Shown piece by piece: positions 20,121 to 30,205 of a DNA stretch of 64,000 nt. The position numbers were made by a program, and so were the translations under genes. The first letter of the stretch is position 1. Each line of letters starts with the position of its first letter. The DNA is from an uncultured Candidatus Binatia bacterium (GTDB taxonomy: Bacteria; Desulfobacterota; Binatia; UBA9968; CAXXLF01). The stretch covers positions 1,312,001 to 1,376,000 of the forward strand of contig OZ244621.1 in assembly GCA_965218425.1 (NCBI GenBank), written 5' to 3'. The notes below the pieces were generated by a model. It had not been told where the DNA came from, ran no database searches, and worked only from the letters and a program-made list of their open reading frames with translations.

Positions 20121-23096
20121 TTATTCCTTCAGGTCCTTAGGCGGCACAAAACCACGGCGTAGGGTATTCTCACTGACGGCACGAGGCTCGAGAAACTGGA
20201 GGAGATAGTCTGGACCGCCCGCCTTGGACCCAATACCTGAGAGCTTGAGCCCTCCGAAGGGTTGGCGCTCTACGACGGCACCTGTAATTCCACGGTTGAT
20301 ATAGAGGTTTCCCACTCGGAATTGATTGCAGGCCTTTGCGATGTGAGCCGGTGAGCGAGAAAACACCCCTCCAGTTAGGGCATAGGAAGTACCGTTGGCT
20401 ATCTCCAGGGCGTGATCAAAATTTCGGGCCTTCATTATGCTGAGAACCGGGCCGAAGATTTCCTCCTGGGCCATCCGATGCTGAGGTTCGATCCCGGTGA
20501 AGATCGCTGGACCAACGAAGTACCCTTCTTTGGGTCCATCCGATTCAATCACGCAAGTTCCCTCGCTCTTCCCCAATTCGATGTAATCCCTGACCCTTTT
20601 ACATGCCGACTCGTCAATCAGGGGCCCAAGGAAACTCCCTCGATCTTCCGCGGAGCCGATTTTGAGGCTTTTGACGGCCTGCACCAGACGGTTCACCAGG
20701 CGATCATGAATTTCGTCCACTAAAATCAGCCGGGAGGCGGCCGAACATTTTTGGCCCTGGTATCCAAAGGCAGATTCTATGGTATAGGCTACAGCCTCAT
20801 CCAGGTCTGCATCCTCATCCACAATGATGGCGTTCTTGCCGCCCATCTCACACACCACTCGTTTGACTTCCTCCTGACCGGGTCGTAACACTGTGGCTTC
20901 ACGCAATATTTCCAGACCCACGTCACGGGAACCGGTAAAGGCAATAAGGTTCACTCCGGGATGGCGGACCAAACAGGCTCCCAAGTCGCCACCCCCCTCA
21001 AGGAGCTGACATGCCCTGGGCGGGAGACCGGCTTCGTGCAGAATAGTCATGAGATGCATCCCCAGTATTGGAGACTGCTCCGCCGGCTTCAATATGACAC
21101 AGTTGCCGGTAACCAGAGCTGCGGTGGTCATCCCCGTTGGTATAGCTAAGGGGAAATTCCACGGCGCGATGACCACGGCAACCCCTCTGGGTTGATAGAG
21201 GTGTAGATTGCTCTCACCTGGTATACGTTGGATGGCCTGTGGCTCACTCAGACGAAGCATCTCTCGACCATAATATTCAAGGTAATCAATAGCCTCCACC
21301 ACGTCCGCATCCGCCTCACGCCATCCCTTTCCCACCTCAAGGGTCTCCCAAGCTGCAAGCTCCAACCGCCTCTCACGCATGATGGATGCCGCACGAAAGA
21401 GGACTGAAGCGCGTTGCTTGGCGGGGGTAGCCTGCCATTCGGCAAAGAAATCTCGAGCCACATCAAGAGCTTCATCCGCCTCCTCGCGACCCGCCACGGG
21501 TACCCTGCCGACGATCTCCTCGGGTGAGGCCGGATTCACCGATGTCATCTCCTCTCCCGTTTTCCTTTCCTGTCCACCCACCCAAAGGGGATAGAACCGC
21601 CCCAATCTGGTCCTCACGGTACTCAGGGCCTGAACGTACCGGGAGCGAACCTCCGAACGTGAAAAGTCCAGCAACGGATCATTCTGGAATGGGGAAGGAT
21701 CCTCGGGATCAGTCACATCGTGAGCTGGAATTTGAAGTTCGGATGATGCGCCCCTCTCCGGCGAGGGGGCGCGGATGAGCGTTTCCACATCTCGCACTTC
21801 AGCAAAGGTCTGGCGCAAGAAAGAGGCGTTGGATGTGTTCTCCATGAGACGTCGAATCAGATAAGACATCCCTGGAATGAGCTCTCCCACTGGAACATAG
21901 ACACGGACACGAAAACCGCTTTGGACAATTGCCTGACGAATGGGCTCAGCCATTCCGTATAGCATCTGCATCTCATAACCATTATCTGGAATCCCCAACT
22001 CCCTGGCTGTGGCGATGCCATGGGCGATGCTACGGATATTGTGACTCCCCAATGCAAGGTCCACGATATCCCTATGCTCGAACAGCAGTCGCGTGGATCG
22101 TTCAAAGTTGGCATCGGTGGCAGCTTTGTCCAAATACACGGGAATAGGCCAGCTCTTCTGTTTGGCCCAGGCAATTTCACTGTCCCAGTAAGCGCCTTTG
22201 ACGAGACGGACGCCGATCCTGCGCCGGCGCCTTTTAGCCCAGTCGAGGAGCTCCTTGAGATCTCCCTCGCTGTCCAGGAGATAGGTCTGAAGCGCAATGG
22301 CGACCTGGGGTAGGTCCTTGAATTCATCCTCCTCCAGGAGTTCACGAAATATGGCTAGGGTAAGATCCTTGTAGGCATATTTTTCCATATCGACGGTGAG
22401 GGAAGCTCCAAGCAGGGTCCCTTCCCTGAAGATGGACCTGAGCCTGTTTTTCACCATCGTGCACGTGTCGGGATCCAGAGGATCGAAACGGGGACAGAGG
22501 GAAGAGAGCTTTACGGATACATTGACCACCGGGAGAGGGCCCTGCCAACCCGAATCGATCTGGGCGATGGAAGGCCATTTTTTCACCTCCGGTGCCAGAC
22601 TTTGCATAAGGTTGAGGTAGCGCCCCTGCATGGCGTCCGCTTCTTTGTCGCTTAACGTCGTCTCACCCACTACATCCAAAGTGAAGGCGGAAGGTTCTTG
22701 CCGTAATTTCATTAATACAGGAACCAACGAGTCGTTTCCTTCCTCGACGATGAACCTGCGGGCAAGGCGAACCACGTTTTGGCGCACCACCGGCGCTACC
22801 AACCATCCCGCGTGCAGGGTCTGGGCAAGAAAAACCAATCCGCTCAAGGCATGGTCCACCCGGCCAAAGTACTCACGTAGATGGCGGCCGATTTCTGCTG
22901 CCGAATCCAGGCTCGGAAGGACATCCACGAAGCGAAAAAGAGCAACCCGCAAATCCTCATCCTTGAGAGACCAGTCAATCATTCGACCCATCCAGTCCTG
23001 GGGATCAAAAAGGAAGGGCTTCTGCTCCGCCGCCTTCGTATAAAGGGAGCGCGCTAATTCCTGGATCTCTTTTTCCCGACCAGCTAAATCTTCCAT
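20121..23096 (-). CDS. putA: Bifunctional proline dehydrogenase / P5C dehydrogenase (ATG at 23096 preferred)
   Basis: PRODH motifs LFRFVDVLP, VRLVKGAYWD, QMLYGM, YLIRRL.EN; ALDH motifs FTGS, EMGGKN, GQKCSA, EEIFGP. Confidence 0.95.
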   Translation of the reverse strand: MEDLAGREKEIQELARSLYTKAAEQKPFLFDPQDWMGRMIDWSLKDEDLRVALFRFVDVLPSLDSAAEIGRHLREYFGRVDHALSGLVFLAQTLHAGWLVAPVVRQNVVRLARRFIVEEGNDSLVPVLMKLRQEPSAFTLDVVGETTLSDKEADAMQGRYLNLMQSLAPEVKKWPSIAQIDSGWQGPLPVVNVSVKLSSLCPRFDPLDPDTCTMVKNRLRSIFREGTLLGASLTVDMEKYAYKDLTLAIFRELLEEDEFKDLPQVAIALQTYLLDSEGDLKELLDWAKRRRRRIGVRLVKGAYWDSEIAWAKQKSWPIPVYLDKAATDANFERSTRLLFEHRDIVDLALGSHNIRSIAHGIATARELGIPDNGYEMQMLYGMAEPIRQAIVQSGFRVRVYVPVGELIPGMSYLIRRLMENTSNASFLRQTFAEVRDVETLIRAPSPERGASSELQIPAHDVTDPEDPSPFQNDPLLDFSRSEVRSRYVQALSTVRTRLGRFYPLWVGGQERKTGEEMTSVNPASPEEIVGRVPVAGREEADEALDVARDFFAEWQATPAKQRASVLFRAASIMRERRLELAAWETLEVGKGWREADADVVEAIDYLEYYGREMLRLSEPQAIQRIPGESNLHLYQPRGVAVVIAPWNFPLAIPTGMTTAALVTGNCVILKPAEQSPILGMHLMTILHEAGLPPRACQLLEGGGDLGACLVRHPGVNLIAFTGSRDVGLEILREATVLRPGQEEVKRVVCEMGGKNAIIVDEDADLDEAVAYTIESAFGYQGQKCSAASRLILVDEIHDRLVNRLVQAVKSLKIGSAEDRGSFLGPLIDESACKRVRDYIELGKSEGTCVIESDGPKEGYFVGPAIFTGIEPQHRMAQEEIFGPVLSIMKARNFDHALEIANGTSYALTGGVFSRSPAHIAKACNQFRVGNLYINRGITGAVVERQPFGGLKLSGIGSKAGGPDYLLQFLEPRAVSENTLRRGFVPPKDLKE

Positions 23097-23354
23097 AAAA
23101 AGAACACCCGTTGATAGATATTTTAGTACTATTTGGCGGGATCCGTAAGAGGAAAATTTGGTCCTGCAAGTGCCCACACCGCTCAGTCGTATGCCATTCG
23201 TCAGTTTGCAGTTTTGGGCGAAGGGGGCCCGGCCTGAAAAAAGCGCGGCGTCCCACAGGATGCCTGGTTTCGGCCTTGACAATACCGGGGCTTCGATTAT
23301 TACATCCTATTTAATTCATAATTCCTTAATTCAGACGAAAGAGGAGGGTCAGCC

Positions 23355-23786
23355 ATGGAAGCTGCTACATTCAAAATCAAAACACCCCGTCTGACAGGAG
23401 GACGCAGCCACACGCCTCTGGCTCGAACCAAGCTAGCTGTAATCGGGCTCAACTATTACGTACCCGGACGCAAAAACACTCTACACACCCATCCCGGGGA
23501 GGATCACGCCTTTGTGGTCCTGGAGGGTGAAGCGACGTTCCACGATAAGGCTGGCAACGAAACGCTGCTAACAAAGGGCGAGGGAGTCATGCTCCCAGAG
23601 GGATGGCATTACTGGTTTCAAAATACGGGTAATACACCCCTGGCCTTGCTCCGTTTCAGCGCCCTCAAAGGTGATCCGAAGGTTAAGCGGATTGACGCGA
23701 AGGGCAGAACAAGAGAAGATCACGAACAAGACTACGCCGCTGTGGATGGAGAGCCTATGGAGGGCCAGTATTGGGAATTTTCCTGA
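23355..23786 (+). CDS. Cupin domain protein
   Basis: HTHPGEDH...VLEGE and LPEGW.Y.F.N cupin motifs; GGAGG RBS. Confidence 0.85.
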   Translation: MEAATFKIKTPRLTGGRSHTPLARTKLAVIGLNYYVPGRKNTLHTHPGEDHAFVVLEGEATFHDKAGNETLLTKGEGVMLPEGWHYWFQNTGNTPLALLRFSALKGDPKVKRIDAKGRTREDHEQDYAAVDGEPMEGQYWEFS

Positions 23787-23846
23787 TCTTTTCACTGATT
23801 TTCCTGGGGGCGATCGGAATCATCTCACTGCCACGGGTGATAACCG

Positions 23847-24990
23847 GTGAAGATCACTGACGTTAAAACCTTCCGACTCCGAGCGTCCCTTCCTTTGGAT
23901 AAGCAATTCCGGCCTCGTAGCGGGCAGAGACGTTACCGGTCGGCGTTTTTGCTTCAAGTGGAAACCGATGAAGGAGTCACGGGACTCGGCTCCTGTTCCG
24001 GTAATGGAACTATCCTGGAAGCCATCGTTTCAAGGGTGTTGAAGCCTATCCTGCTGGGTAGAGACCCCTGTTCCCTAGCAGAGCTTTGGGAAAGGTGCTG
24101 GGGTATGGCTATTCGGTTCTAGAGGCATCGGCGTGGCGGCGCTGAGCGGCGTCGACATCGCCCTGTGGGACATCCTTGGCAAAGTGAACAATGCCCCCAT
24201 CCATAAGCTGCTCAGCAACTCGCCTCGGGAGAGGATCGAACTCTATGCAACGGCCCTGTACCCTGATCGAAGTGGGGGAGACGTTGAGAAAGCATTGTCC
24301 TTGGCGGCGAAGGGATTTCGGGGTGTAAAAATCAAACTGGGCTTCGACCTGAACTCGGATCTAGAGAGGGTTCGTGCTGTCCGCGCCGCGGTGGGAGAGG
24401 AGTTTCCCCTGATGACCGATGCCAACATGGGCTACGACCTCAACATGGCTCTGAGAGCCGCGCCTATCCTCCAAGAGTGCAGCGTCGACTGGCTCGAGGA
24501 ACCCCTCTTCGTAGAGGATCTTGACGGACACGCCCAGCTACGGTCCAGTTCCCCGGTTCCCATTGCATTGGGAGAGAACCTTCACACACAGTTTGCGTTT
24601 CAAGAATATATCGTCAGAGGAGCGGTGGACATCTTGCAACCTGATGTGGCCCGCGCTGGAGGTATTAGCGAACTGAAAGAAATTGGGGCTCTAGGGGAAA
24701 AACACGGACTGCCTATCTCTCTACATACCTACGGCGATGCGGCGGGTCTCGCCGCGAGTGCCCATGTGGCTGCGGCGCTAAAAAACAGCACGGTCATGGA
24801 ACTGGACTGTACCTATAACCCGTTGCAGACAGCTCTTCTAACGGAGCCGTTCAAGATTCAAGATGGGACCCTTATTCCTCCTCAGGGTCCCGGCCTGGGG
24901 ATCGAATTGGACCCGGACAAATTAGAGAAATTTCAGTGCACAGGCGAGGATGACGTGAGTTTGAGAGAAGCGCCCCTGCGGACCCTTTAG
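23847..24990 (+). pseudogene. Mandelate racemase/muconate lactonizing enzyme family protein, frameshifted at about 24098-24112
   Basis: ORF1 has MKITDV..VETDEGVTGLG; ORF2 frame has FGSRGIG.AALSGVDIALWD, KIK, DAN, WLEEP, GEN, QPD. Confidence 0.85.
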
Positions 24991-25051
24991 ATCTTGCAAT
25001 TAAAGCAAATGATATTGGGAGTGATTCGTTTTACGCTGAAAGGAGCAGACA

Positions 25052-26167
25052 GTGTCTGATTACCGGATCATTGATGCAGACGGCCACGTAATGGAGTTGG
25101 ACGAGCAACTGCGTGACTATATCGGAAGCCCCTACAAGGATCTCGAATGGCATCGCAGTTATTCCTTTTGGCCCGGCTTAAATATGGACGGTTATCTTCG
25201 GGCGCTCAGGAAGTCAGGCGGCTGGGCCGGAGGGGGCTCCGGCCCCAACGCCCAGCATTGGCTTGATTTTCTGGATAAAAATAACATTGAGGTGACGGTT
25301 CTCTATCCCACCCAAGGGCTAACCCATGGTGCCATCCAGGACAGAGATTGGGCGGTTACATTGGCTCGGGCTTACAACGATTGGCTACACGAAAGGTTCA
25401 TGAGTGCCAGCGAACGTCTGGTGGGAGTTGCCCTTCTCCCGGTACAGGATATCAGCGAGGCAGTTAAGGAGCTTCGGCGTTGCGTCACCCGGTTGGGAAT
25501 GGTGGGCGGGGTGTTGCCCTCGGTAACTGCAACGGGACTGTTATTCGGCGCGCCGGAATTTTACCCCCTATGGGAAGAGGCTGAGCGACTCGACGTCCCC
25601 ATATCGCCCCACGGTGGACTTAGCTTTCCCAACCTTGGTCTCGATCTCGCGAGCAACTTTACGGTTGCGCACTGTCTCGAGCACCCCTTTGCCCAAATGC
25701 GCCAGATGGTCAGCGCCATTTTTGAGGGAGTCTTCGAGCTCTACCCCAAGCTCCGCTTCGGCGTTCTCGAGTGCGGCATTGGCTGGGTCCCCTATATGAT
25801 GGATCGAATGGATGAGGAAATGGAACGCAAGGGACAGTACTCCCCTCGTTGCACGTCAAAACCTAGTGAATACCTGCGCCGTGGAAACATCTTCTTTGCC
25901 GCTGAGGTGGAAGAAATCGCATTGCCCCTGGCAGCAAAAGTGCTTCCCGAGGAAATCATCATCTGGGCATCGGACTATCCCCATGAGCGAGACCAGAGGG
26001 ACTTCAGTCAAGACATCCCAAAACTGAAGGGCCGGAAAGATATCAGTGAACGCTTAAAGCAGAAGATTCTTTTCGACAACGCCCTGCGTTTCTATCCGCG
26101 GCTAAGCAGGCGAATTGAAGCAAACCGCTCCGAGATCCGCCCTAGGGTCCCTTCTCCCGCTCACTAA
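25052..26167 (+). CDS. Amidohydrolase family protein (amidohydro_2, ACMSD/LigW-like)
   Basis: IIDADGHVME, ARAYNDW, LECGIGW, WASDYPH. Confidence 0.92.
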   Translation: MSDYRIIDADGHVMELDEQLRDYIGSPYKDLEWHRSYSFWPGLNMDGYLRALRKSGGWAGGGSGPNAQHWLDFLDKNNIEVTVLYPTQGLTHGAIQDRDWAVTLARAYNDWLHERFMSASERLVGVALLPVQDISEAVKELRRCVTRLGMVGGVLPSVTATGLLFGAPEFYPLWEEAERLDVPISPHGGLSFPNLGLDLASNFTVAHCLEHPFAQMRQMVSAIFEGVFELYPKLRFGVLECGIGWVPYMMDRMDEEMERKGQYSPRCTSKPSEYLRRGNIFFAAEVEEIALPLAAKVLPEEIIIWASDYPHERDQRDFSQDIPKLKGRKDISERLKQKILFDNALRFYPRLSRRIEANRSEIRPRVPSPAH

Positions 26168-26327
26168 GCGGGACCTGAGACTACACAGCTATTCAATCAC
26201 TCTTTTGGATGGGATCTCAGTGTGGGAATTCACGAAGTCCCGAGCGTTGTCCAGGATGGTGGCATAGGGATGGGAACTTCGATGTGATCAAAACTTTTGC
26301 TTTGGCGCGCCCCTCACGGGGATCTGA

Positions 26328-26414
26328 TCAAAGGTTCCTTATGCAAGGCGCGGCAACGGTCTCCTCGAGTATGTTGGCGACATTATAAGCGGGCATGATA
26401 GCCACACGCCTCAT
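26328..26414 (-). pseudogene. N-terminal remnant of a family-2 glycosyltransferase
   Basis: Reads MRRVAIMPAYNVANILEETVAA (GT2 PAYN motif); GTFDQI follows in another frame; rest absent. Confidence 0.55.
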
Positions 26415-26489
26415 TGGACATCACATACAATGAGCAATCGAAAAACCGTCGGCCATTGGGGGCTGGATGTAAGATTCCGTCGGTAAAAT

Positions 26490-27341
26490 TCAACTATAAA
26501 GGACCTTGGCAAGTTCCGAGCGGTACCGATCCGTTAACTGGTGTTGATGGCCCAGGACCTCAAAGATTTGCAGCATTGCCTTTCGGGCCCCGCCGTCTTG
26601 GAAGTCCTTTTGTTGCTTCATAACGGTCAAAAATTCTGACAGCGCCTCGTCGTACCTCTCGAAAGCTGCCAGGACAGAGCCGAGTTTAAATCGCGTATTC
26701 AAGTCGTTTGGATTCGCCTCTAGTGTAGCGCGAAGGGTGGATTCATCCTCTCCAATACCTTCTCTGAGTTTTTGACGCGCAATGAGTCTGTCGGCCTCCT
26801 CTCGCTCTGGTGCCGTCAGGGGTACCCTCTCAAGAAAACCCTTCCCCTCCCCGTCATCCCTCGCAATCACCAGGCGGCCCACGGCCAATAGGGCCCCAGC
26901 GTGTTGGGGTATCGCCTGGAGAACCTCTTCGTACACGGCCTGGGCTTCGTCCTGCTTGCCTTGATCCTCCAAGGATTTACCCTCACGGACACGAATGTCC
27001 GCCTCTGAAGGCAGGACCCGGGAAAGCATTTCTCGTACGGCATCTTCGGGCAACGCGCCGGTGAACTCATCGGCGATCTTCCCGTCCTTGAAGAGCTTCA
27101 CCGCCGGAATCCCCTGAATCCGAAACAGACTAGCCAGGCCCTGGTTCTCGTCCACATTCACTTTGGCCAGGACGAAGGCTCCCATGTGCTCCTCCGCCAG
27201 GCCCTCTAATACCGGTCCCAGGACTCGACAGGGCCCGCACCACGAAGCCCAGAAATCAACCATCACAGGTATTTCACGGGATCGATCCAGCACTTCCGCT
27301 TCAAAATCGGATTCACCAACCTCTATGGTCCACTGGTTCAT
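26490..27341 (-). CDS. Thioredoxin-TPR protein (YbbN/CnoX-like) with intact CGPC
   Basis: [24 protein letters not shown]-terminal TPR helices ending [10 protein letters not shown]. Confidence 0.92.
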   Translation of the reverse strand: MNQWTIEVGESDFEAEVLDRSREIPVMVDFWASWCGPCRVLGPVLEGLAEEHMGAFVLAKVNVDENQGLASLFRIQGIPAVKLFKDGKIADEFTGALPEDAVREMLSRVLPSEADIRVREGKSLEDQGKQDEAQAVYEEVLQAIPQHAGALLAVGRLVIARDDGEGKGFLERVPLTAPEREEADRLIARQKLREGIGEDESTLRATLEANPNDLNTRFKLGSVLAAFERYDEALSEFLTVMKQQKDFQDGGARKAMLQIFEVLGHQHQLTDRYRSELAKVLYS

Positions 27342-27370
27342 GATTTATGAATGTCCTTGGAAAATTAAGG

Positions 27371-27877
27371 TTAGCCTCGCTTCTCCTTTCTCGGAAAACC
27401 CTCGGGGTCAAAACTGGCGCCGTTCAGGGCAAAGGTCCGTTCCACCGGCGTCGGTTGGAGAATGGTCTGCATCACATAGCAGCCCTTCTCCGAATTTCGT
27501 ACTAGTGCGGCTACCCGCTCCGGCGCCTCCTGGGAATCCAGCTCCAGGTGGGTTTCAAATCCCACCCCGTTTGCCTGTACTGTTTCGGCCAGCACAGAGC
27601 CTTCACTCTTGAACCTGGCTTTCACGGAAACACGGGCCCTTTCAATCTTTGTCTTCATCATTTCCCCGTACCGGGAAATTTGGGTGAGTAGTCAAAAGGC
27701 CAGTGCCAACCCAAAATAGGCCAGCGGAGGAGGTGCCGTATTTTCGCCCCCGATCCGTTCCCCCTCGTCACAGTAAACGGTAAACCCCCTGGCGTGACCC
27801 TCTTTGCGCATTTTCTCAAGGGTCTCCGCGTCCGCTTCCATCTGGATCTCTCGCTTGACGGCAATATCCTCTGTCAT
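27371..27877 (-). CDS. OsmC-family protein, probable selenoprotein (UGA at 27692-27694 = Sec), 168 aa
   Basis: ORFs 27692..27877 and 27371..27661 are in frame; GGENTAPPPLAYF..A.AF-U-LLTQ matches the OsmC peroxidatic Cys site; second Cys in SEKGCYV; GGAGG RBS. Confidence 0.85.
27661..27691 (-). promoter_or_regulatory. Candidate bacterial SECIS element
   Basis: After the UGA: CUACUCACCCAAA UUUCCC GGUAC GGGGAAA; G-led apical loop begins about 19 nt after the UGA. Confidence 0.65.
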
Positions 27878-28071
27878 TGGTTGTTACCTCCCTTGGTTCA
27901 AGATTTCGAAGGGAAGCCTAGCGCAAAGGTCGGATGGGGTCAATTGCGTAGCGTCACTCCAAGTGTTATAAATCGCGGGACTTTGCTGGAACTTTGGATT
28001 ATGGAAGGCAGCACTCAGCCAAACGCAAAGCGCATGGCGCAAAGCGTTAAATGCAATGTGCCAAGAGTAAA

Positions 28072-28210
28072 TAACCGCAGGTTTTCACTGATTGACACAG
28101 ATCAAAAGAACTGGTTTTTGGCCAGATGGGCCAGAAAATGATCTGTGGAAGTCTGCGTGAATCTGCGATTAGTTTCTTAAAGAGTCTTTTGTCTCTCTCC
28201 ATCTGCGGTC
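28072..28210. repeat. Palindromic intergenic repeat built from (c/a)gcagat-like units
   Basis: taaccgcagg..actgattgacacagat followed by complementary atctgtgg..gtctgcgtgaatctgcgatta; related copies at 8-40 and about 43450-43466. Confidence 0.55.
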
Positions 28211-28226
28211 AGATTAGTTAGAGTCC

Positions 28227-28706
28227 ATGGCTAAACGCCACCCAAGCCTAGCACCCCTTTCCCACGACCATCATCACGCGCTGGCGTTGGCCATTCGCTG
28301 CCGCAAGCATGGTCTGGGTCAACTCAAACCGGGGGATCCAGAGGCCGTGAAAGGGCTTGCCATAGAAGTTAAAAACTTTTTTCGGCAAAGTCTCAAGCCG
28401 CACTTTGAAGCGGAAGAAAAGGTCCTCTTCCCGCTGATAAAACTACACTCCAGTGATGACGGTGAATCATTGATTTCAGCACTGCTAAGCGATCATGAAC
28501 GGATCGGCGCCACTATAACCGCGTTGGAAAAGGAGTCCGCATTGTCCAAGACCCTATTCGACCTGGGGGATCTCCTGGATCGTCACATCCGCCAGGAAGA
28601 GCGTGTCCTCTTTCCCATCTTCGAGCAAGCCGTCCCCGACGGTCCCGCAGAACAAGCCGGCCTGGAGCTGAAGAGAATTCTTCGACCCATACGGAAAGGA
28701 CGGTAG
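28227..28706 (+). CDS. Hemerythrin/HHE cation-binding domain protein
   Basis: LSHDHHH, HFEAEE..LFP, DHERI, HIRQEERVLFP. Confidence 0.88.
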   Translation: MAKRHPSLAPLSHDHHHALALAIRCRKHGLGQLKPGDPEAVKGLAIEVKNFFRQSLKPHFEAEEKVLFPLIKLHSSDDGESLISALLSDHERIGATITALEKESALSKTLFDLGDLLDRHIRQEERVLFPIFEQAVPDGPAEQAGLELKRILRPIRKGR

Positions 28707-28752
28707 GAACCGACGAGGGGAAATCAGGACGCTATGCGATCTGCTCCCCGCA

Positions 28753-28812
28753 GTCCTCGATCTTCTATCCTCGAATCTCAATCTTCCCGCTCAGTCCTCA
28801 GCACTCGTTACT
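28753..28812. repeat. Heptamer-periodic intergenic repeat; inverted paralog of 42575..42635
   Basis: Reverse complement agtaacgagtgctgaggactgagcgggaagattgagattcgaggatagaagatcgaggac aligns with 42575..42635. Confidence 0.7.
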
Positions 28813-28904
28813 GACTTCGCATTGGCCCATTGCCCACGGCTTGAGAACTCGCTGATCGAGGAGGGAAAGCGCTCGGCCCGAGGGCGCCTGGTTGTGTCGC
28901 TTGT

Positions 28905-29966
28905 CTAGGCCCTCACATAATCCTTCATGTAAAGATCCAGTAGAGCCATTAGGAGGGTAACAATCATCGGACCTAGAATCAGCCCAATGATACCGAACAA
29001 TTTTAGACCGCCCAAAATGCTGAAGAATAAAATCAGGATGGGCAGTCGAAGGCGGTTGCCAATCAACAGGGGCTTGAGGAAGTTATCGATGGACCCCACA
29101 ATGAGCCAGCCCCAGAAGAATAGGGCGACACCTCTCCACAAAGGGCCATCAACAAAACCCAGATAGATGGAAGTGGGCAACCACACAAGCAAAGAGCCAC
29201 CGATGGGAAAAAGGGCGGCAAAGGCGGTGGTCACTGCCAGGACGATATAAAAGGGAACCTCCAAAAACCAGTATCCCAAGCCAGCGAGCAGACCCTGAAT
29301 CATGGCCGTAATCAGGGCACCATGAATCACCGCAAAAAGGGCGTTGGCGATATTTTGAAAGAGATGGTCCTTATGTTCCTGATCCATGGGCAAGAGGGAA
29401 TGGATCCTATTGACAAGGGCCTGGCCATCCCGCAGCATAAAAAAGAGTGTGAAAAGAGCAGTGATAAAGTTAACGGTGAACAGGAAAACGTTCTGCGCAA
29501 CGGCTTTGACCTGGGAGGCCAGAAACGCAGAGGCGGATTGGGCCCCTTGGGCGATGGATTGTCTGAGATCAATATCGAAGAACTCGAGTTCGGCGGAGAC
29601 CGATTCCCACCCACTGATCACTCTCTGGACCCAGGGGGTTCCTCTCCAAGCCTCAATTTCAGCACTCTCAACAGAGGACCGCATGGTCTTGGCTAATTCC
29701 ACTGTCTCCTGTGTTAAGAATACGGAGACCCTCAGGGCGGGGACAACGATGAGGAATATAATAAGAACGGTAAGTATGAGGGCAGCCAATGTTGCCCGCC
29801 CCTTCAGAATTTTCAACAGCCATTTATAAAAGGGATAAACGATCATCGCGAGTATGGCTGCCCAGGCGACGGCTTGGAGAAAGGGGCTAAAGATTAAATA
29901 GGCCAGGTAGAGGATCACCAGCAACAGTACAAAGAAAAAGACAGTAACAAGCCAATTCTGATTCAC
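28905..29966 (-). CDS. AI-2E family transporter (PerM-like)
   Basis: Multi-TM; FFMLRDG, IDNFLKPLLIG, GG...FGIIGLILGP. Confidence 0.92.
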   Translation of the reverse strand: MNQNWLVTVFFFVLLLVILYLAYLIFSPFLQAVAWAAILAMIVYPFYKWLLKILKGRATLAALILTVLIIFLIVVPALRVSVFLTQETVELAKTMRSSVESAEIEAWRGTPWVQRVISGWESVSAELEFFDIDLRQSIAQGAQSASAFLASQVKAVAQNVFLFTVNFITALFTLFFMLRDGQALVNRIHSLLPMDQEHKDHLFQNIANALFAVIHGALITAMIQGLLAGLGYWFLEVPFYIVLAVTTAFAALFPIGGSLLVWLPTSIYLGFVDGPLWRGVALFFWGWLIVGSIDNFLKPLLIGNRLRLPILILFFSILGGLKLFGIIGLILGPMIVTLLMALLDLYMKDYVRA

Positions 29967-30205
29967 GAGATGCTTCTCCTAGACTTTTATTTCTTTCTTA
30001 TTGCAAAGACACGCCGTATTTGCCAAATACAGGTTGAATGCAAATGAACCCCTTACCACGGGCCTACACCTTTGGTTTTGGGGCGCTGCTGCGGTGAACC
30101 ATTATACACGACTGACACGAGCGGTCTCTAGCGAGAAATTACTCTTCTGGGGAATTCCAAAACATTCATGCCTTCGCTCACGCGTGGGGCTTTAGGTGGT
30201 ACGGG

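Noticed and set aside
23097..23282. 62-aa N-terminal extension of PutA as a DNA-binding domain
   Set aside because: No ribbon-helix-helix pattern; it overlaps the likely divergent promoter region, and PutA-like sequence begins near 23096.
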